From: Oligoflexales bacterium
Lineage (GTDB): Bacteria; Bdellovibrionota_B; Oligoflexia; Oligoflexales; CAIYRB01
Length of the DNA: 46,101 nucleotides
Direction of reading: 5' to 3'
Assembly (NCBI GenBank): GCA_041736175.1
Contig: JBGSUI010000082.1
Location: forward strand, 1 to 46,101
Part shown: in pieces, positions 11,187 to 21,941 of the stretch
How the letters are laid out: each line of letters begins with the position of its first letter
Numbering within the stretch: the first letter of the stretch is position 1
Translations under genes and position numbers: made by a program
Notes under the pieces: generated by a model
The model's input: the letters and a program-made list of their open reading frames with translations, nothing else
Told to the model about the DNA's origin: nothing
Databases searched by the model: none

Positions 11187-11810
11187 TTGAATGGCTTTGA
11201 GCGGGTCTGCTTCATAAAGAACACCGTTAAAAACCCCAACATAGAAATTGGTGACTACACCTATTATGACGATCCTGAAGACTCCGAGAACTTCGAACGC
11301 AACGTGCTTTACCACTACGATTTTGTCGGCGACAAGCTGATCATCGGCAAATTCTGCGCTCTCGCGACTGGAGTCAAGTTCATCATGAACGGCGCCAATC
11401 ATCGCATGGACACCCTGACCACCTTTCCTTTCGCGATTTTTGGCGACGGCTGGGCGGAAAATCTCAAGGGAGTGGCCTTGGGTGAAAAAAGCAAAGGGGA
11501 TACCGTCATCGGCCATGACGTGTGGATCGGATACGATGCTACGATCATGCCTGGTGTCACGATTGGCAGCGGTGCCATCATCGCTTCAAAGTCCGTGGTC
11601 GTTAGCGACGTGGAGCCCTACAGCGTTTATGGGGGCAATCCCGCAAAAAAAATCAAGTTACGATTCTCGGAGCAAGTGATTCGTGAACTCCTTGAGATCT
11701 GCTGGTGGGATTGGCCATATGACATTCTCACCGAGTATGTGCAAGATATCTTTACGAATGACATCGCAAAAATCAGGTCTGCTTATGAAAAAGTACAAAG
11801 TCGTTGCTAA
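11187..11810 (+). CDS. vat: Vat/CatB-family xenobiotic O-acetyltransferase (streptogramin A acetyltransferase-like)
   Basis: GDYTYYDD, GKFCALATGVKFIMNGANH, KGDTVIGHDVWIG hexapeptide repeats, WWDW; true start uncertain (homology appears to extend to about 11157). Confidence 0.85.
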   Translation: MNGFERVCFIKNTVKNPNIEIGDYTYYDDPEDSENFERNVLYHYDFVGDKLIIGKFCALATGVKFIMNGANHRMDTLTTFPFAIFGDGWAENLKGVALGEKSKGDTVIGHDVWIGYDATIMPGVTIGSGAIIASKSVVVSDVEPYSVYGGNPAKKIKLRFSEQVIRELLEICWWDWPYDILTEYVQDIFTNDIAKIRSAYEKVQSRC

Positions 11811-11867
11811 CTTGTCAGCGTTCGCGACTTTGTCTTTCTCTCAGCTGCATCGACCATTTCCACCACC

Positions 11868-12479
11868 TTGCCACTCGCAGCCCATACGGGAGCTAAAGTC
11901 CTGGCGATTGACTTTCAAGCCGCGCCCAAGGGCACCATTGATACGATGGCCGAGGAAGTCGCAAAGGTCGTTGAGGCCCTCCTCGCCTCCGGTCAAGATC
12001 CCATGCGAACTGGTTTTCTCGCGGACTCCTCAGGTGCAATCGTTCTCACCCAGGCCCTCAACAGGCTCATAAAAAAAGGGCGAAGGTTTTGGGGCGCGGT
12101 CTATCTATCTCCTTGGGCCGATATCACCTGCCTGGGTGACAGCTTTACCACCCTTAGTGATTTCGATCCGATTCTTCGGGTCAAGGACTATCTCGAGGTC
12201 GCCGCAACCCTGGCTGCCGGCTCCAAGGTAGGTGATGCCACTCTATCGATGATTCGCGGCACCTATCCACCAGGTTTTCCCCCTTCTCTCATTCAAGTCG
12301 GGAGTCGGGAGATCTTCCTTAACCAGGCGGCGCTCACCTACCAGCGCATGCGGGAATTTGGCGTTGATGCAGAGTGGGAGCTCTATGATGGCATGTGGCA
12401 CGTCTTCCAAGCCACTCACCCAAAGCTCCCAACTTCGTTGACCGCTTGGGCCAGGGTCAGCGAGTTCTTCTCAGCATAA
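11868..12479 (+). pseudogene. Alpha/beta hydrolase (HSL-type esterase), N-terminally truncated
   Basis: ADSSG nucleophile elbow, SPWAD, QVGSREI, GMWHVF; the HGGG-containing N-terminus is absent. Confidence 0.65.
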
Positions 12480-12499
12480 GGCGAAAAAGTCATCTTTGT

Positions 12500-12815
12500 A
12501 GTCTCTGTTCAACCCCTGCTTCAACCACCAGCGGAGGTCTCGCTGCGACAGGGGCGCTTTGACGTTGCTCTCTATAGCGATGGATTGTTCGCGGCCGAGG
12601 GGATTCCTCAGCCAGGCTTTTTTTCCAGGGCTGTCACAAAACGCCGGGCGGAATACCTGGCGGGACGAATTCTCGCAAAGGAGCAGCTCATAGCTCTTGG
12701 CGCGACAGAGGTCTTAGTGGACTATGGACAGGCACCATTTTCCCGGGTGGCCCCAAGGGTTCGTGGGTAGCATCACCCACACCAAGAACCAGGCAGGTGT
12801 TGTAGTGGCGCGTTC
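12500..12815 (+). pseudogene. 4'-phosphopantetheinyl transferase (EntD-like) fragment, frameshifted
   Basis: RAVTKRRAEYLAGR, then in another frame WPQGFVGSITH. Confidence 0.6.
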
Positions 12816-12819
12816 CACA

Positions 12820-13089
12820 AAGTAACCGGTGCTGTGGTTAAGGTAGACCAGTTCTGATTGAAGGACGCGAATGGCTCCGAAAGAGCATTAATACCAACTG
12901 ATGTCGGGGCACTGGAGATGTTTACACATTCCTCCGACCCTGAAATGGCTGAATATTTGGTACCGATAGCTTGGGATAAAACATTGCCAATCGTTGACGC
13001 TGTACGTGAAAAAGGGTTTTTCGGAAATCAAAATTCAGTTTATCAGCCGGTTACGTGAAAGTGGGCTTTTACAATCGAGCGACTAAAAA
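12820..13089 (+). pseudogene. Fragment resembling the C-terminus of an endonuclease NucS-like domain protein
   Basis: EYLVPIAWDKTLP...AVREKGFFGNQNSV, interrupted by a stop; no N-terminus. Confidence 0.4.
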
Positions 13090-13147
13090 AACTGCTACAA
13101 ATCACCTAAAATGCTCGGTCTTTACGGGGTAAAGTGAATTTACCTGA

Positions 13148-13561
13148 TCAATAACGTTCCACCAAATCAGTTCGTTCACTACATTTCGCAAAATACAAGT
13201 CTGCTCGGCTTATCATATGTTCGCGATCCACGGTGAAAAAAGCCAGGATAAACTGACTTCTGCTGGCCGTCCCCGGCTCTACCCTTAGTAGCTCGACATG
13301 GATCTGCAACGCAACTTCGTGATCTTTGTCCCATACGTCATAGGTAGCCATCTGGTTGTGGATTTCGATCTTGGCTGTACCCAGAACTCGACGGAGCAGC
13401 TCGATAAAGTCCTCCGGGCCCGAGACCTTCTCTTGGGTCTGGGGCAGATAGCCTTCAAATTCCTCGGAGACGAGGTTAATCGCGTCATCCCAGGCCTGGT
13501 CGTTTAGCATATGCCAGAAGTCTGACGGGATGCGGGCGGCTTCTTCATCAACCTTACCCAT
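13148..13561 (-). CDS. SnoaL/NTF2-like protein
   Basis: FWHMLNDQAWDDAINLVSEEF...PQTQEKVSG pattern. Confidence 0.6.
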   Translation of the reverse strand: MGKVDEEAARIPSDFWHMLNDQAWDDAINLVSEEFEGYLPQTQEKVSGPEDFIELLRRVLGTAKIEIHNQMATYDVWDKDHEVALQIHVELLRVEPGTASRSQFILAFFTVDREHMISRADLYFAKCSERTDLVERY

Positions 13562-13573
13562 TGTCTGGTCTCT

Positions 13574-14509
13574 TTAGCGTGCGCTCATTGACGTTTGGTT
13601 CTTGGACTTAGTTCTGGCACGTGTAATTGCAACTACCTTCGCTGCTTTTGACCTGAGCTCTGAGGCGAACCCGAGCTGCTCCCGCAAGTAATAGAATTTC
13701 CTTCGGTGCACGCCCGTCTGCCGAAGGAAAAGTTCCTCTTGCTCCTTCACCTTGAGGCCCGACCGGGCCAGCTCTTCGACTAGCTGCTCGTGGTTCCGTC
13801 TCGGCAGGCCCTTTAGCAGTAGCTCTTGCCATCTCACTGAGTCTACAGAGGCGAGCTCGTAGCCCATCCGCAGGGTCCTTAGACTGATCTCAGAGGGGCC
13901 GTGGAAGAGAGCCTGCTGGCCGAGGAACTCAGCCACTTCTATTGCCAACTTGGTGTTGTCGAAATGGGCTTTAGACTGGGCAGCATCAAGCAGCAAACCG
14001 CCGATTTTGGCCCTACTGACATCGAGGCGGTAATTTAGGGCTCTGTTCTTGAAGGCTCCGGCTTGGGGGCTATCGGGGAGGTAATTTTTGAGCACAATAA
14101 GCTTGCCGCTAAAATCGACGCAGTCAGCAGCAGCCTTCTCAGTGGTTGATGTCCAACGGACAATTCTCTTTCCATCAGCTCCGGTCGGCCACGTGGCAGC
14201 GTTTAGCAGGGACATTGCCAGCGGGTTTTGGAAGATCCCATGGGTGTCGTCGACTAGCAGGAGGCTTGTAGGGTCAGCAACCAGGCCGTTAAAAAGGGCT
14301 AAGGGTGTGCAGTATGAGCCGAGTTCGCGGGCGCCCACGCCCAGGGATTTCAAGACCGCCTTGGTCAAAGACGACTTACCCCAACCGGGCGGGCCTTGGA
14401 CCAACAGGAGGTGGAACTGCTGGCTGGACAGCAGCAGGCGAATAAATGAAGTGATTTCAGTTAGATGATCCAAAGTTGGCCTCCGGCCAGAAGGCGTTAG
14501 TGCACGCAT
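13574..14509 (-). CDS. AAA-type P-loop ATPase (phage/mobile-element-like)
   Basis: Walker A GPPGWGKS, Walker B LLLVDD. Confidence 0.7.
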   Translation of the reverse strand: MRALTPSGRRPTLDHLTEITSFIRLLLSSQQFHLLLVQGPPGWGKSSLTKAVLKSLGVGARELGSYCTPLALFNGLVADPTSLLLVDDTHGIFQNPLAMSLLNAATWPTGADGKRIVRWTSTTEKAAADCVDFSGKLIVLKNYLPDSPQAGAFKNRALNYRLDVSRAKIGGLLLDAAQSKAHFDNTKLAIEVAEFLGQQALFHGPSEISLRTLRMGYELASVDSVRWQELLLKGLPRRNHEQLVEELARSGLKVKEQEELFLRQTGVHRRKFYYLREQLGFASELRSKAAKVVAITRARTKSKNQTSMSAR

Positions 14510-14806
14510 GCACTTTTCCTATACCACTAGAACCGTGAGGTGGCAAAGGCGGCATTTTCTCAGGGAGCTACTTCGAGTAGCGCGATAGCAAGTGCTGCAC
14601 AGGTGGTCAGCACATCCCCCTTACAGGAGATGAGCTCATAAATGAGTGCAAGTCAATCTGAAGCAGTATTTATAAATGCGTCAACAATGGCATCCAATAT
14701 ATCTATCCAGGTCTTGGACTGTACAAATTGTCCCAACATTGGCGAACTAGCACCTGAGATCTCGGCCATTCTTAGGAAAGGTAAGGGTATTCCTGCAATC
14801 AATTGG

Positions 14807-15568
14807 CTAGATTTCAAGTGGTCCTAGATGCTCATAGCCGAGATCGACCAGGTCTTCGATAGACAAGAGCAAAGAGCTCTCAATGGGGTTAAAATCCGAA
14901 GGTAGTGGCTTGCGTTTTAGGATGATGTGAACGGCATCCCAAAAATAACTTCGGTCCCAGCCATTGCTGTTAAGTGTCGTTGCAGCTTTTGGAAAACGGG
15001 AGGCTAATTGACGAAATCCTGTTGTTTCGGTGAAGACACAATACCTTTTTATATCCTCAATGCCCATAAATCTTAGGTTCTCAAATTCATGTTTAATCTC
15101 GAAGCTAGGAATGCAGTGAAAAATTGTCTGGTAATAAAGTCGTGGATTTTCCTTCTTTAAAGACTGAAAAAAGTCTCGGTACCCGCGGAAAGACTTTTGG
15201 TCGCATATCGCCAGAGCTTTAAAGACGTAGCAGTAGGCATCAAATTCAAATCCGCTAAATTTGAAGGGGTAAGGAAATTCGGCTGGACAAATTTTTTTAA
15301 AATTAAGAGTTGGAGCAACGCTCGCCGCATACCAAGAAAGAAAGTCACCACGAGCCCAGTCCCTTACGTTTTGCCAGTCGTGCTTTCTTCTGAGTTGGTC
15401 AACATGCACGGCGAGAGTCTGCCGGTCATGAAAGTAAAAGCGTCGGAGCTCACCTTTCTTAAATGGTTTAGTATCCTCATTTTTTAAGCCGCTTTTTGCC
15501 AAATTTTCTTCTCCTCTAGGCAAATATCGGCATACGGCTGGCCCATGGCCATTTCCAAGAGGAGACAT
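14807..15568 (-). CDS. Hypothetical protein
   Basis: 253-aa ORF; decayed paralogous pieces at 43693-43917. Confidence 0.6.
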   Translation of the reverse strand: MSPLGNGHGPAVCRYLPRGEENLAKSGLKNEDTKPFKKGELRRFYFHDRQTLAVHVDQLRRKHDWQNVRDWARGDFLSWYAASVAPTLNFKKICPAEFPYPFKFSGFEFDAYCYVFKALAICDQKSFRGYRDFFQSLKKENPRLYYQTIFHCIPSFEIKHEFENLRFMGIEDIKRYCVFTETTGFRQLASRFPKAATTLNSNGWDRSYFWDAVHIILKRKPLPSDFNPIESSLLLSIEDLVDLGYEHLGPLEI

Positions 15569-15607
15569 CTTTGCGGGATTCTAAGACTCAGATTTTACTT
15601 ACTATTT

Positions 15608-15979
15608 TTAAAAATACAGCATGTAACATACTAAGATTATTAATGTCACACTTTGCACGGTATCTTGGTCGAAGGACAGGGGATTGAAGGAGCGAAAGAA
15701 CGACCGGGATCCTGTCATTGGAGTAGTTGCTCTGTGCTCTGTTCGTGCGGACAAATCAGGACACTCAAACCCCTCTTCGCTCCTAAAGTGAAAAGGCCCA
15801 AGCGGAGCTTTTATCTCAAAATCGGTTACAGCAAAAGCATCCAGTTTAAAGCAAGGCTCAATTTTCAAGATAGAGCCTTTGTTGTTTGATGGCCAGTGAA
15901 ATGGTTCATAAGTTTCCCTAGAAAGCCCCAGCTCGGCTATCTGGGTAAGGACGTCGTCCCTCCAACGTTTTTTTTTCAT
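15608..15979 (-). CDS. Hypothetical protein (possibly a fragment)
   Basis: ORF only. Confidence 0.3.
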   Translation of the reverse strand: MKKKRWRDDVLTQIAELGLSRETYEPFHWPSNNKGSILKIEPCFKLDAFAVTDFEIKAPLGPFHFRSEEGFECPDLSARTEHRATTPMTGSRSFFRSFNPLSFDQDTVQSVTLIILVCYMLYF

Positions 15980-16018
15980 CTTCAGGCCTACCGGCGTGCC
16001 CCCCCAGAAGGCGTCCTG

Positions 16019-16732
16019 TTAGGGCTCGAGTCCCTTGGTCGGGGCACCTTGATGATGACTTTTCATTAAAATTAGCATGGATTCTGTTTTAATTTTTCCA
16101 GAGGCAACTGGTAACTGCGCTTTTTCATGTAAAACTACAAAACGGTCTTTAATTAAAGTTTCAATTTCTTCGCGCCCCACAGCAAAGGGAGGTCCTTCGG
16201 TGGGATCAAGGTCCACTTCGGTGAAAAGAATACTAGTAAACACTCCTCCCGTCTTGAGCACCTGGTAACAGAAATCCATATAAATGCTTCTCAGAGGTGA
16301 GGCTAAGGCGCAAAGCATTGCACGGTCAAAGATCCCGTTAAATTTATGTTTCCAATGTGGATTTATCACCAGGGCATCTTGAACATGGAGTTGTAAATTG
16401 GAGATGTGCCCATAAAGGCTTTTTGCCTGTGTGATGGCTTCTTCGGTAAGATCAAAGCTAGTGACTTCAAATCCTTGGGATGCTAAGTAGGCCCCACCAT
16501 GAGCCCGACCACATCCAGGTTCTAAAATGGCATCCCCTAATTTAAGAATCTTATTCTGGATACAGTAGTGGAGTAGATTAGGGAGATATTGATGGGGAGC
16601 ACCCAGATCCCAGCCTGTTCGTCCTTCTGTCCATCGCTTCTGCCAGTCAGATTGGTAGTCAGCCTCTTTTAAATTTCTAATTTCGACTTGGTCAGCTTTG
16701 TTTTGAAGTTTTGTCATTGATGTTCTCTCCAT
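16019..16732 (-). CDS. Thiopurine S-methyltransferase (TPMT)-family SAM-dependent methyltransferase
   Basis: W..RW..G.TGWDLG, LEPGCGRAH, FDRAMLCAL, EGPPFAV. Confidence 0.88.
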   Translation of the reverse strand: MERTSMTKLQNKADQVEIRNLKEADYQSDWQKRWTEGRTGWDLGAPHQYLPNLLHYCIQNKILKLGDAILEPGCGRAHGGAYLASQGFEVTSFDLTEEAITQAKSLYGHISNLQLHVQDALVINPHWKHKFNGIFDRAMLCALASPLRSIYMDFCYQVLKTGGVFTSILFTEVDLDPTEGPPFAVGREEIETLIKDRFVVLHEKAQLPVASGKIKTESMLILMKSHHQGAPTKGLEP

Positions 16733-17051
16733 CTTCGGGACGATTGACTATACGTGAGTTGGCAGTGAGAGGATAGGTTTCTGGGTCAGAATCGAGGAGA
16801 TAGAAATGAAGGAGGCGGAGCATTGATGCATTTTTTAAATATTATTGAAATTATTTAATTTTAGTTACTTTTTTGTACAAAAAAATTATAAATTACAAAA
16901 ATAATAAATCTTGATTTTAGTGAATTTAGAAATTAGTTTTTAATTAATTTACTTTAAATATCGATCATTTAAAAAAGATATTATTACTCTTTTTTTAAAT
17001 TTGTCGAACATCCTATGAGTTCTAGGTTATTGAAAAAGAAGGAGATCAACT

Positions 17052-19115
17052 ATGTTCAATCCCAGATTTAAAAGTAGTTTGCTACTTTATATTTCATTTT
17101 TACTGTTTATTGCCAATTGTTCAAAAGATACGAGTTTTACTGGTAAGGTTGCAAAATTGACAGATGATGGGTCTGATCAGGATCAAAATAATTTGCAGAT
17201 ATCGGACGACGAAGTAACGTTACACCCCCAAATGGTTGCTGGCACGTTTGCAGCTTCTCATATTCAGGATGGCGGCAACCGTATTACGTTGTCAGCAAAA
17301 AAAATCGTTCAGCATTATGAATTGGCGTCTCGTTATGGGTCTTTTTCGGAGGATTTTACCCAGGGTATTCGAACTAAGATTAGACAAAATTTGAAGCAAG
17401 GAAGTAGAGGAGTGATCAAAACAGAAAATTTTGTACAATATAGCAACGACGTTCTTGACCTTGTTATCGTCGTTGATAATTCCATATCCATGGCAGAAGA
17501 ACAGAAAAATCTGGCTGAAAAGCTCAATGGACTGCTCCAATACATCGGCAATGCTGATTGGAGAATCAATATTGTAACAACCGACCCCCTAGATGGGTGT
17601 TCGATAGTGCTGATTAAAAAGGGGGATTCTGATATAGATCAAAAATTTAGACGTGGCATTTTGGCTGGTACAGGTGGTGCTAATAGTGAGCAAGGTGTTC
17701 GGATGGCGGTTGAAGGCTTAACCTGTCCTGGTATGGATTGGGTTCGACCTGATTCTTTTGTAGCGGTTCTCATATTAAGCGATGAAGACAATTGTAGTTA
17801 TAAAGGACTTGATTGCGAAGCTCCCTATAATTCTCCTGAATTTCTATTGGATCATATCAAAGGGCAGATGGGAAGAGTTCCGGGAAAACAAGCGAAAGCA
17901 TATGGTATTATTTGGCAACCGGGCACCTCCTGCTCTGGAGCGTGGCATCAAAGTATTCAGTATGCCCAGTTGATTGCGAAAACTGGGGGTAAATCGGGAT
18001 CTATATGTGATGCAGATTATGGTCCAACGCTTCGAGCGATATCAAAAGATGTTGCTGAGATGATGCAGTCGGAGTATTTGCTGGCCCAAATCCCTGATCC
18101 CGGAAGCATCCAGGTCAAAATTAATGGAAATTTGAGAGATTCTGGTTTCCGAGTCAATGGTAAAACTTTGGTCTTTGAAATCCCACCTCCTCGCGGTGCT
18201 ACCATTGAAGTTAACTATTCGTATGGTGCTGCACCGCTTTTAACCCATTTTCCTCTTCGGGAGATTCCATCTTCTTTAGAAAATCGTGTTCTGATCAATG
18301 GAGTGTTATTAAGTCCCTTAGAGTATAAAATTGATCCTACATCCCGGGTATTGGTTTTAAACCAGGAACCACCGTTCGATGCGGCTATTGATGTGGAGTT
18401 TATTACAGCAAATTCTCTTTTTTCAGAGTTAAAACTGGGCAATATTGGTCTAAAAACAAACGTCATGATCACAGTCAATAATAATCTTATTTATGATTAT
18501 AAAGTCACTGGTGACAATCGAATTGTGTTTGCTAGGCCACCGGATGAGGGTGCATCTATTCAGGTATCCTACCAACAAAAACAAGAACCCATCCTAGACT
18601 TTCCTTTTGAGGGTGCACCGAATTGGCCTTATGAGGAATTGTTGCGCCAGATCAAAATAGTTGATACTGCGACGGGGAAGCCCATTAAAGGGAAGATTAT
18701 TGATAAGTTTATTCGGATCAGTCCCGAAGAGCACCAGGATGGACGAAAAATCACGGCATCTTTGGATCGGGAAGGGCCTGAAAATTTTGTAATCGCTATC
18801 CCCCAAAGGATGTTGCCGGATAGTCTGGAGGTCTCTCCGGAGCAGGGAGAGTGTGAATATGAAGTGTCCCAAGATAAGGTCGAGTTGGCGTGTGAAGGGT
18901 TAGAGGGATCTTTGGTGGACGTTAAATGGCAGGTTCGCTCAGAGGTCCAAAAAACTTTCACGTTGCCAGGAATCAAACTGCCTGATCAGGGAGTATGGAC
19001 GGTAAAGATAGATGGTCAGCCGACCACTGGATTTTTGCGAACTGAGTCTACCGTGACTTTGATTGATGAGATTGATCAGGAGGCTGCTGTGACTTTGGAA
19101 TTTAAACCTCAGTGA
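17052..19115 (+). CDS. Lipoprotein with vWA-like domain and repeated beta-sandwich modules
   Basis: Lipobox-like IANC; DLVIVVDNSISMAEEQ, ILSDEDNCS; repeated F..PP..GA.I.V.Y modules. Confidence 0.75.
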   Translation: MFNPRFKSSLLLYISFLLFIANCSKDTSFTGKVAKLTDDGSDQDQNNLQISDDEVTLHPQMVAGTFAASHIQDGGNRITLSAKKIVQHYELASRYGSFSEDFTQGIRTKIRQNLKQGSRGVIKTENFVQYSNDVLDLVIVVDNSISMAEEQKNLAEKLNGLLQYIGNADWRINIVTTDPLDGCSIVLIKKGDSDIDQKFRRGILAGTGGANSEQGVRMAVEGLTCPGMDWVRPDSFVAVLILSDEDNCSYKGLDCEAPYNSPEFLLDHIKGQMGRVPGKQAKAYGIIWQPGTSCSGAWHQSIQYAQLIAKTGGKSGSICDADYGPTLRAISKDVAEMMQSEYLLAQIPDPGSIQVKINGNLRDSGFRVNGKTLVFEIPPPRGATIEVNYSYGAAPLLTHFPLREIPSSLENRVLINGVLLSPLEYKIDPTSRVLVLNQEPPFDAAIDVEFITANSLFSELKLGNIGLKTNVMITVNNNLIYDYKVTGDNRIVFARPPDEGASIQVSYQQKQEPILDFPFEGAPNWPYEELLRQIKIVDTATGKPIKGKIIDKFIRISPEEHQDGRKITASLDREGPENFVIAIPQRMLPDSLEVSPEQGECEYEVSQDKVELACEGLEGSLVDVKWQVRSEVQKTFTLPGIKLPDQGVWTVKIDGQPTTGFLRTESTVTLIDEIDQEAAVTLEFKPQ

Positions 19116-19160
19116 GCGCAGAAAGGACTGGACAAACCCTGACCCCACCTGGAATAGACC

Positions 19161-20063
19161 TTGCAATTGCTGGTACTGTACCTTGGTCACCAGTTGACAG
19201 AAAAATTGTATAAGGATCTAACCATCTTGAAAAAATTGCGAAATAATGGGACCGTTGTATGTGCCGTGGCGCTGGTGGTAATTCTTGTAGGCTGCGCACA
19301 AAGGATGGACACCCAAAGCGTGACCAAGGTCACCAACGGCCTCCCTGCACCACATGAATTTCCCTCGGTTGTGATGCTCGAAATCGACGAGGAGATGGAA
19401 ACACAGATTTGCACAGGTACATTTGTCAATGATAGTCAGTTGGTAACAGCAGCCCACTGCATTTATAAATCTATGATAGCTGGGAAAAGCCCCTCTATCG
19501 TATCCATCACTAAACTCAAACATCAACGCATAAACGCAATCCGGTGGCAACACCACCCTGACTATAGCGTCAAGGGAGAGCCTCTGAGAATCCGTGATAT
19601 TGCCGTTGTCACTTTTCCCGCTGGGACTTCATCCGCAACCACCCGCCTTTATCAAGGTGCGCTGTCCGTCGGGCAGGATTTTACAATCATTGGGTTTGGG
19701 GCAAACGCCTATGAATTTGATTCTAATGGCAACCCAACCAGTTCGGGACTCGGGATTAAGCGAAAGGGACAAAATCAAATCGATGAGATCACTGGAGGTC
19801 TGATCAAGTTTAAAGGAGTCGCAAGCGCCACCGATAAGAACACCCCTCTAGGGTTAGACGTAGCAAGCGGCACAGGAGATTCCGGCGGACCTCTCCTTAT
19901 TCAAGAAATGCTAGCGGCGGTGACCTCAGGCGGTGGGCTCCAGCAAACCACAGGAAAAGATGGTCAGGTGGTAGACGTTAAAAAATCTATTTATACGGAC
20001 TTAAATGAGCCCTTAAATCGCAAATATTTGATGGAAGCGTTGGTCACAACTCCTGGCTGGTAA
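19161..20063 (+). CDS. Trypsin-like (S1) serine protease, probable lipoprotein
   Basis: Catalytic triad motifs TAAHC, DIAV, GDSGGP; LVGC lipobox; start uncertain. Confidence 0.9.
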   Translation: MQLLVLYLGHQLTEKLYKDLTILKKLRNNGTVVCAVALVVILVGCAQRMDTQSVTKVTNGLPAPHEFPSVVMLEIDEEMETQICTGTFVNDSQLVTAAHCIYKSMIAGKSPSIVSITKLKHQRINAIRWQHHPDYSVKGEPLRIRDIAVVTFPAGTSSATTRLYQGALSVGQDFTIIGFGANAYEFDSNGNPTSSGLGIKRKGQNQIDEITGGLIKFKGVASATDKNTPLGLDVASGTGDSGGPLLIQEMLAAVTSGGGLQQTTGKDGQVVDVKKSIYTDLNEPLNRKYLMEALVTTPGW

Positions 20064-20280
20064 AAGCCCCCGAGAAACAAAAAGACTCCCGCTGCTGGAG
20101 AGGCATCACCAAAACCGCCTAGGATATCGACAGTTGGTTAACTTTTGCTAAGGCTAGGGGCCGAGACTTCATGGCAACCGGCTGCATTGCGTCTAACTTT
20201 CCGACGGAACACTTCTTGCCTCTCTGATAAAACCTTCGCATTGAGCAAGGGCGGAAACCCTACGCCATGGATCCTCACCT

Positions 20281-21270
20281 ATGTCAAAACTAACTCTTCT
20301 AAAAACGTTGGGATTCGTCTTTCTCGCCGGATGCCAACTAAAAACCCAGGGTGGGGCCGCAGTTCAGACCGCGGACCCGCCAAGCCCCGTAAGGGCCAGG
20401 GTATACGACTTTGTGAGCGAAAACCTTTTCGAACTAACGCAACATTCCCCCATCCTGCTTCTATGCCGCTACAGGGCTGACCCTTCCAAAACCGTCGATG
20501 TAAGTAAACCTTTCGACTTGATCATTCAGCGCCGCGAGTCGATCACAACAGAAAAAGCCCCCTATGATTTTTATTTTCACGTCACTCCGACGGGGAATCA
20601 TCCATTTATCTCTTTTAGTAAGCTAATGGCCTGGACTGTTTCAGCCAGTGCGCTGTCCCCTTTTCAGGAGGAAGGAGAGAGGTTCCATGCCCTGATCTTT
20701 TGGGGAGGAACGGGGTTTCAATATTTTAAAGGCCGCCCGATAGGATCTAATAATGCTATCCTCTACAATGCTGGGCCAGAAGGCCAGCTGATGCGTTGCG
20801 AAGAAGGTAGTAAGCTGGCAGATAAAAGTCCACAACCCGGGGACGAACTCGTGATTTCAGCGACCCCGATTGACACATTCATCTCCCTTTCTGTCACGGT
20901 CGACGGGCTCCTTGCCGATGAAAATGGCTCCGAAAAAATCATGAGCAACTCCAAACCCCACGGCCATTCTAAGTTAGATGGGACCATCAAGGGCGCACCG
21001 GTTTTTAGCAGGAGCAACGAATTGGTTGGCTTTGTGGAGGAGTATAACCCAGAGACTCCTTTTGGAATCAAAATCCAAAGCATACATGACCCACGCTACG
21101 GCACTGCCCTCAATAAAGTCATTGCGCAAAAGAAATGGGTTCCTAATCCCCCACAAAAAAGCGATCCTCGTCTCAGTCCTCGGTTTATAAATCTGTGCAG
21201 CCAATGTCGAGACTCCTTTTTCAAGAGCATCTGTGTGAGCGCCGGCGCCACCCGACCCACTTCAAAGTAA
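20281..21270 (+). CDS. Hypothetical lipoprotein
   Basis: Signal peptide with LAGC lipobox; 329 aa. Confidence 0.65.
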   Translation: MSKLTLLKTLGFVFLAGCQLKTQGGAAVQTADPPSPVRARVYDFVSENLFELTQHSPILLLCRYRADPSKTVDVSKPFDLIIQRRESITTEKAPYDFYFHVTPTGNHPFISFSKLMAWTVSASALSPFQEEGERFHALIFWGGTGFQYFKGRPIGSNNAILYNAGPEGQLMRCEEGSKLADKSPQPGDELVISATPIDTFISLSVTVDGLLADENGSEKIMSNSKPHGHSKLDGTIKGAPVFSRSNELVGFVEEYNPETPFGIKIQSIHDPRYGTALNKVIAQKKWVPNPPQKSDPRLSPRFINLCSQCRDSFFKSICVSAGATRPTSK

Positions 21271-21334
21271 GTCGCGCAGCGTCGGATTAATCTTCGTCAA
21301 ATTTTTAGTGGTTCATTTAAGCAGGGTATAATAA

Positions 21335-21738
21335 ATGGAAATTTATTTTGTTATGAAACAGCCTAAATATTTATTGCGTTTATGTTTTGCGATCATTGTT
21401 CTGGTCTCCTGCCATTCGCAAAGGCCGGTGTTATCCCCATTGGGGTCTTCCCTCCAGGGGACTGAAACGTCGATACCTGCTGAGGCCTGTGGTCTGTTTA
21501 ACGATTTTGTTAAAAGCAGCCCAATAGAGCCGGTTTTTAGCAAGGAAACTACATTATTTGGCACAGAAATTTAATTTCCAGTAATTCCCCCTATTTCGTT
21601 CTCTCATTTAGAGTTAAATACACAGAAGATAATTGAACGTTGCCAAGCCTGTGCTCCAAGGTGGCAAAACGGGTCTTGTGAATTGCAGGGTCGGAAGCTC
21701 TCCGTCACAGTTCATAACCAGACACTCCAGATATATAT
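21335..21738 (+). pseudogene. 5' part of a lipoprotein gene (internal TAA at 21572-21574) interrupted by the transposon; continues at 26416-26597
   Basis: Removing the element and one ATAT copy gives the in-frame join ...TLQIY-IENDPGVLEIKTQPLT...WSGHV. Confidence 0.6.
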
Positions 21739-21802
21739 GGCCTCCCCGACTCCGTGATGGGATTTTTTACGGTTTAAAGTACATTGCTAGTTGACAATGT
21801 AA
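21739..21802 (+). repeat. Left terminal inverted repeat (GGCCTCCCCGACTCCGTGATGGG...)
   Basis: Reverse complement of 26348-26411. Confidence 0.9.
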
Positions 21803-21860
21803 TACTCGATGACTAAATTAGTCAATAAATATGCTGATTAGCAGGGGTAAGTTCGAATGG

Positions 21861-21910
21861 ACAATTATAGTTGTACAAAAAGATATTCTAATGTACAATT
21901 ATGATTGTAC
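21861..21910. promoter_or_regulatory. Two palindromic operator-like sites upstream of hicAB
   Basis: ACAAT-TATA-GTTGT at 21861 and perfect GTACAAT-TATG-ATTGTAC at 21893-21910. Confidence 0.5.
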
Positions 21911-21941
21911 CGATAATTCCAAATGACGGTAGGGCTGAAGT

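Noticed and set aside
16820..17000. Very AT-rich stretch as a replication origin
   Set aside because: No iterons or rep gene; fits a divergent promoter region.
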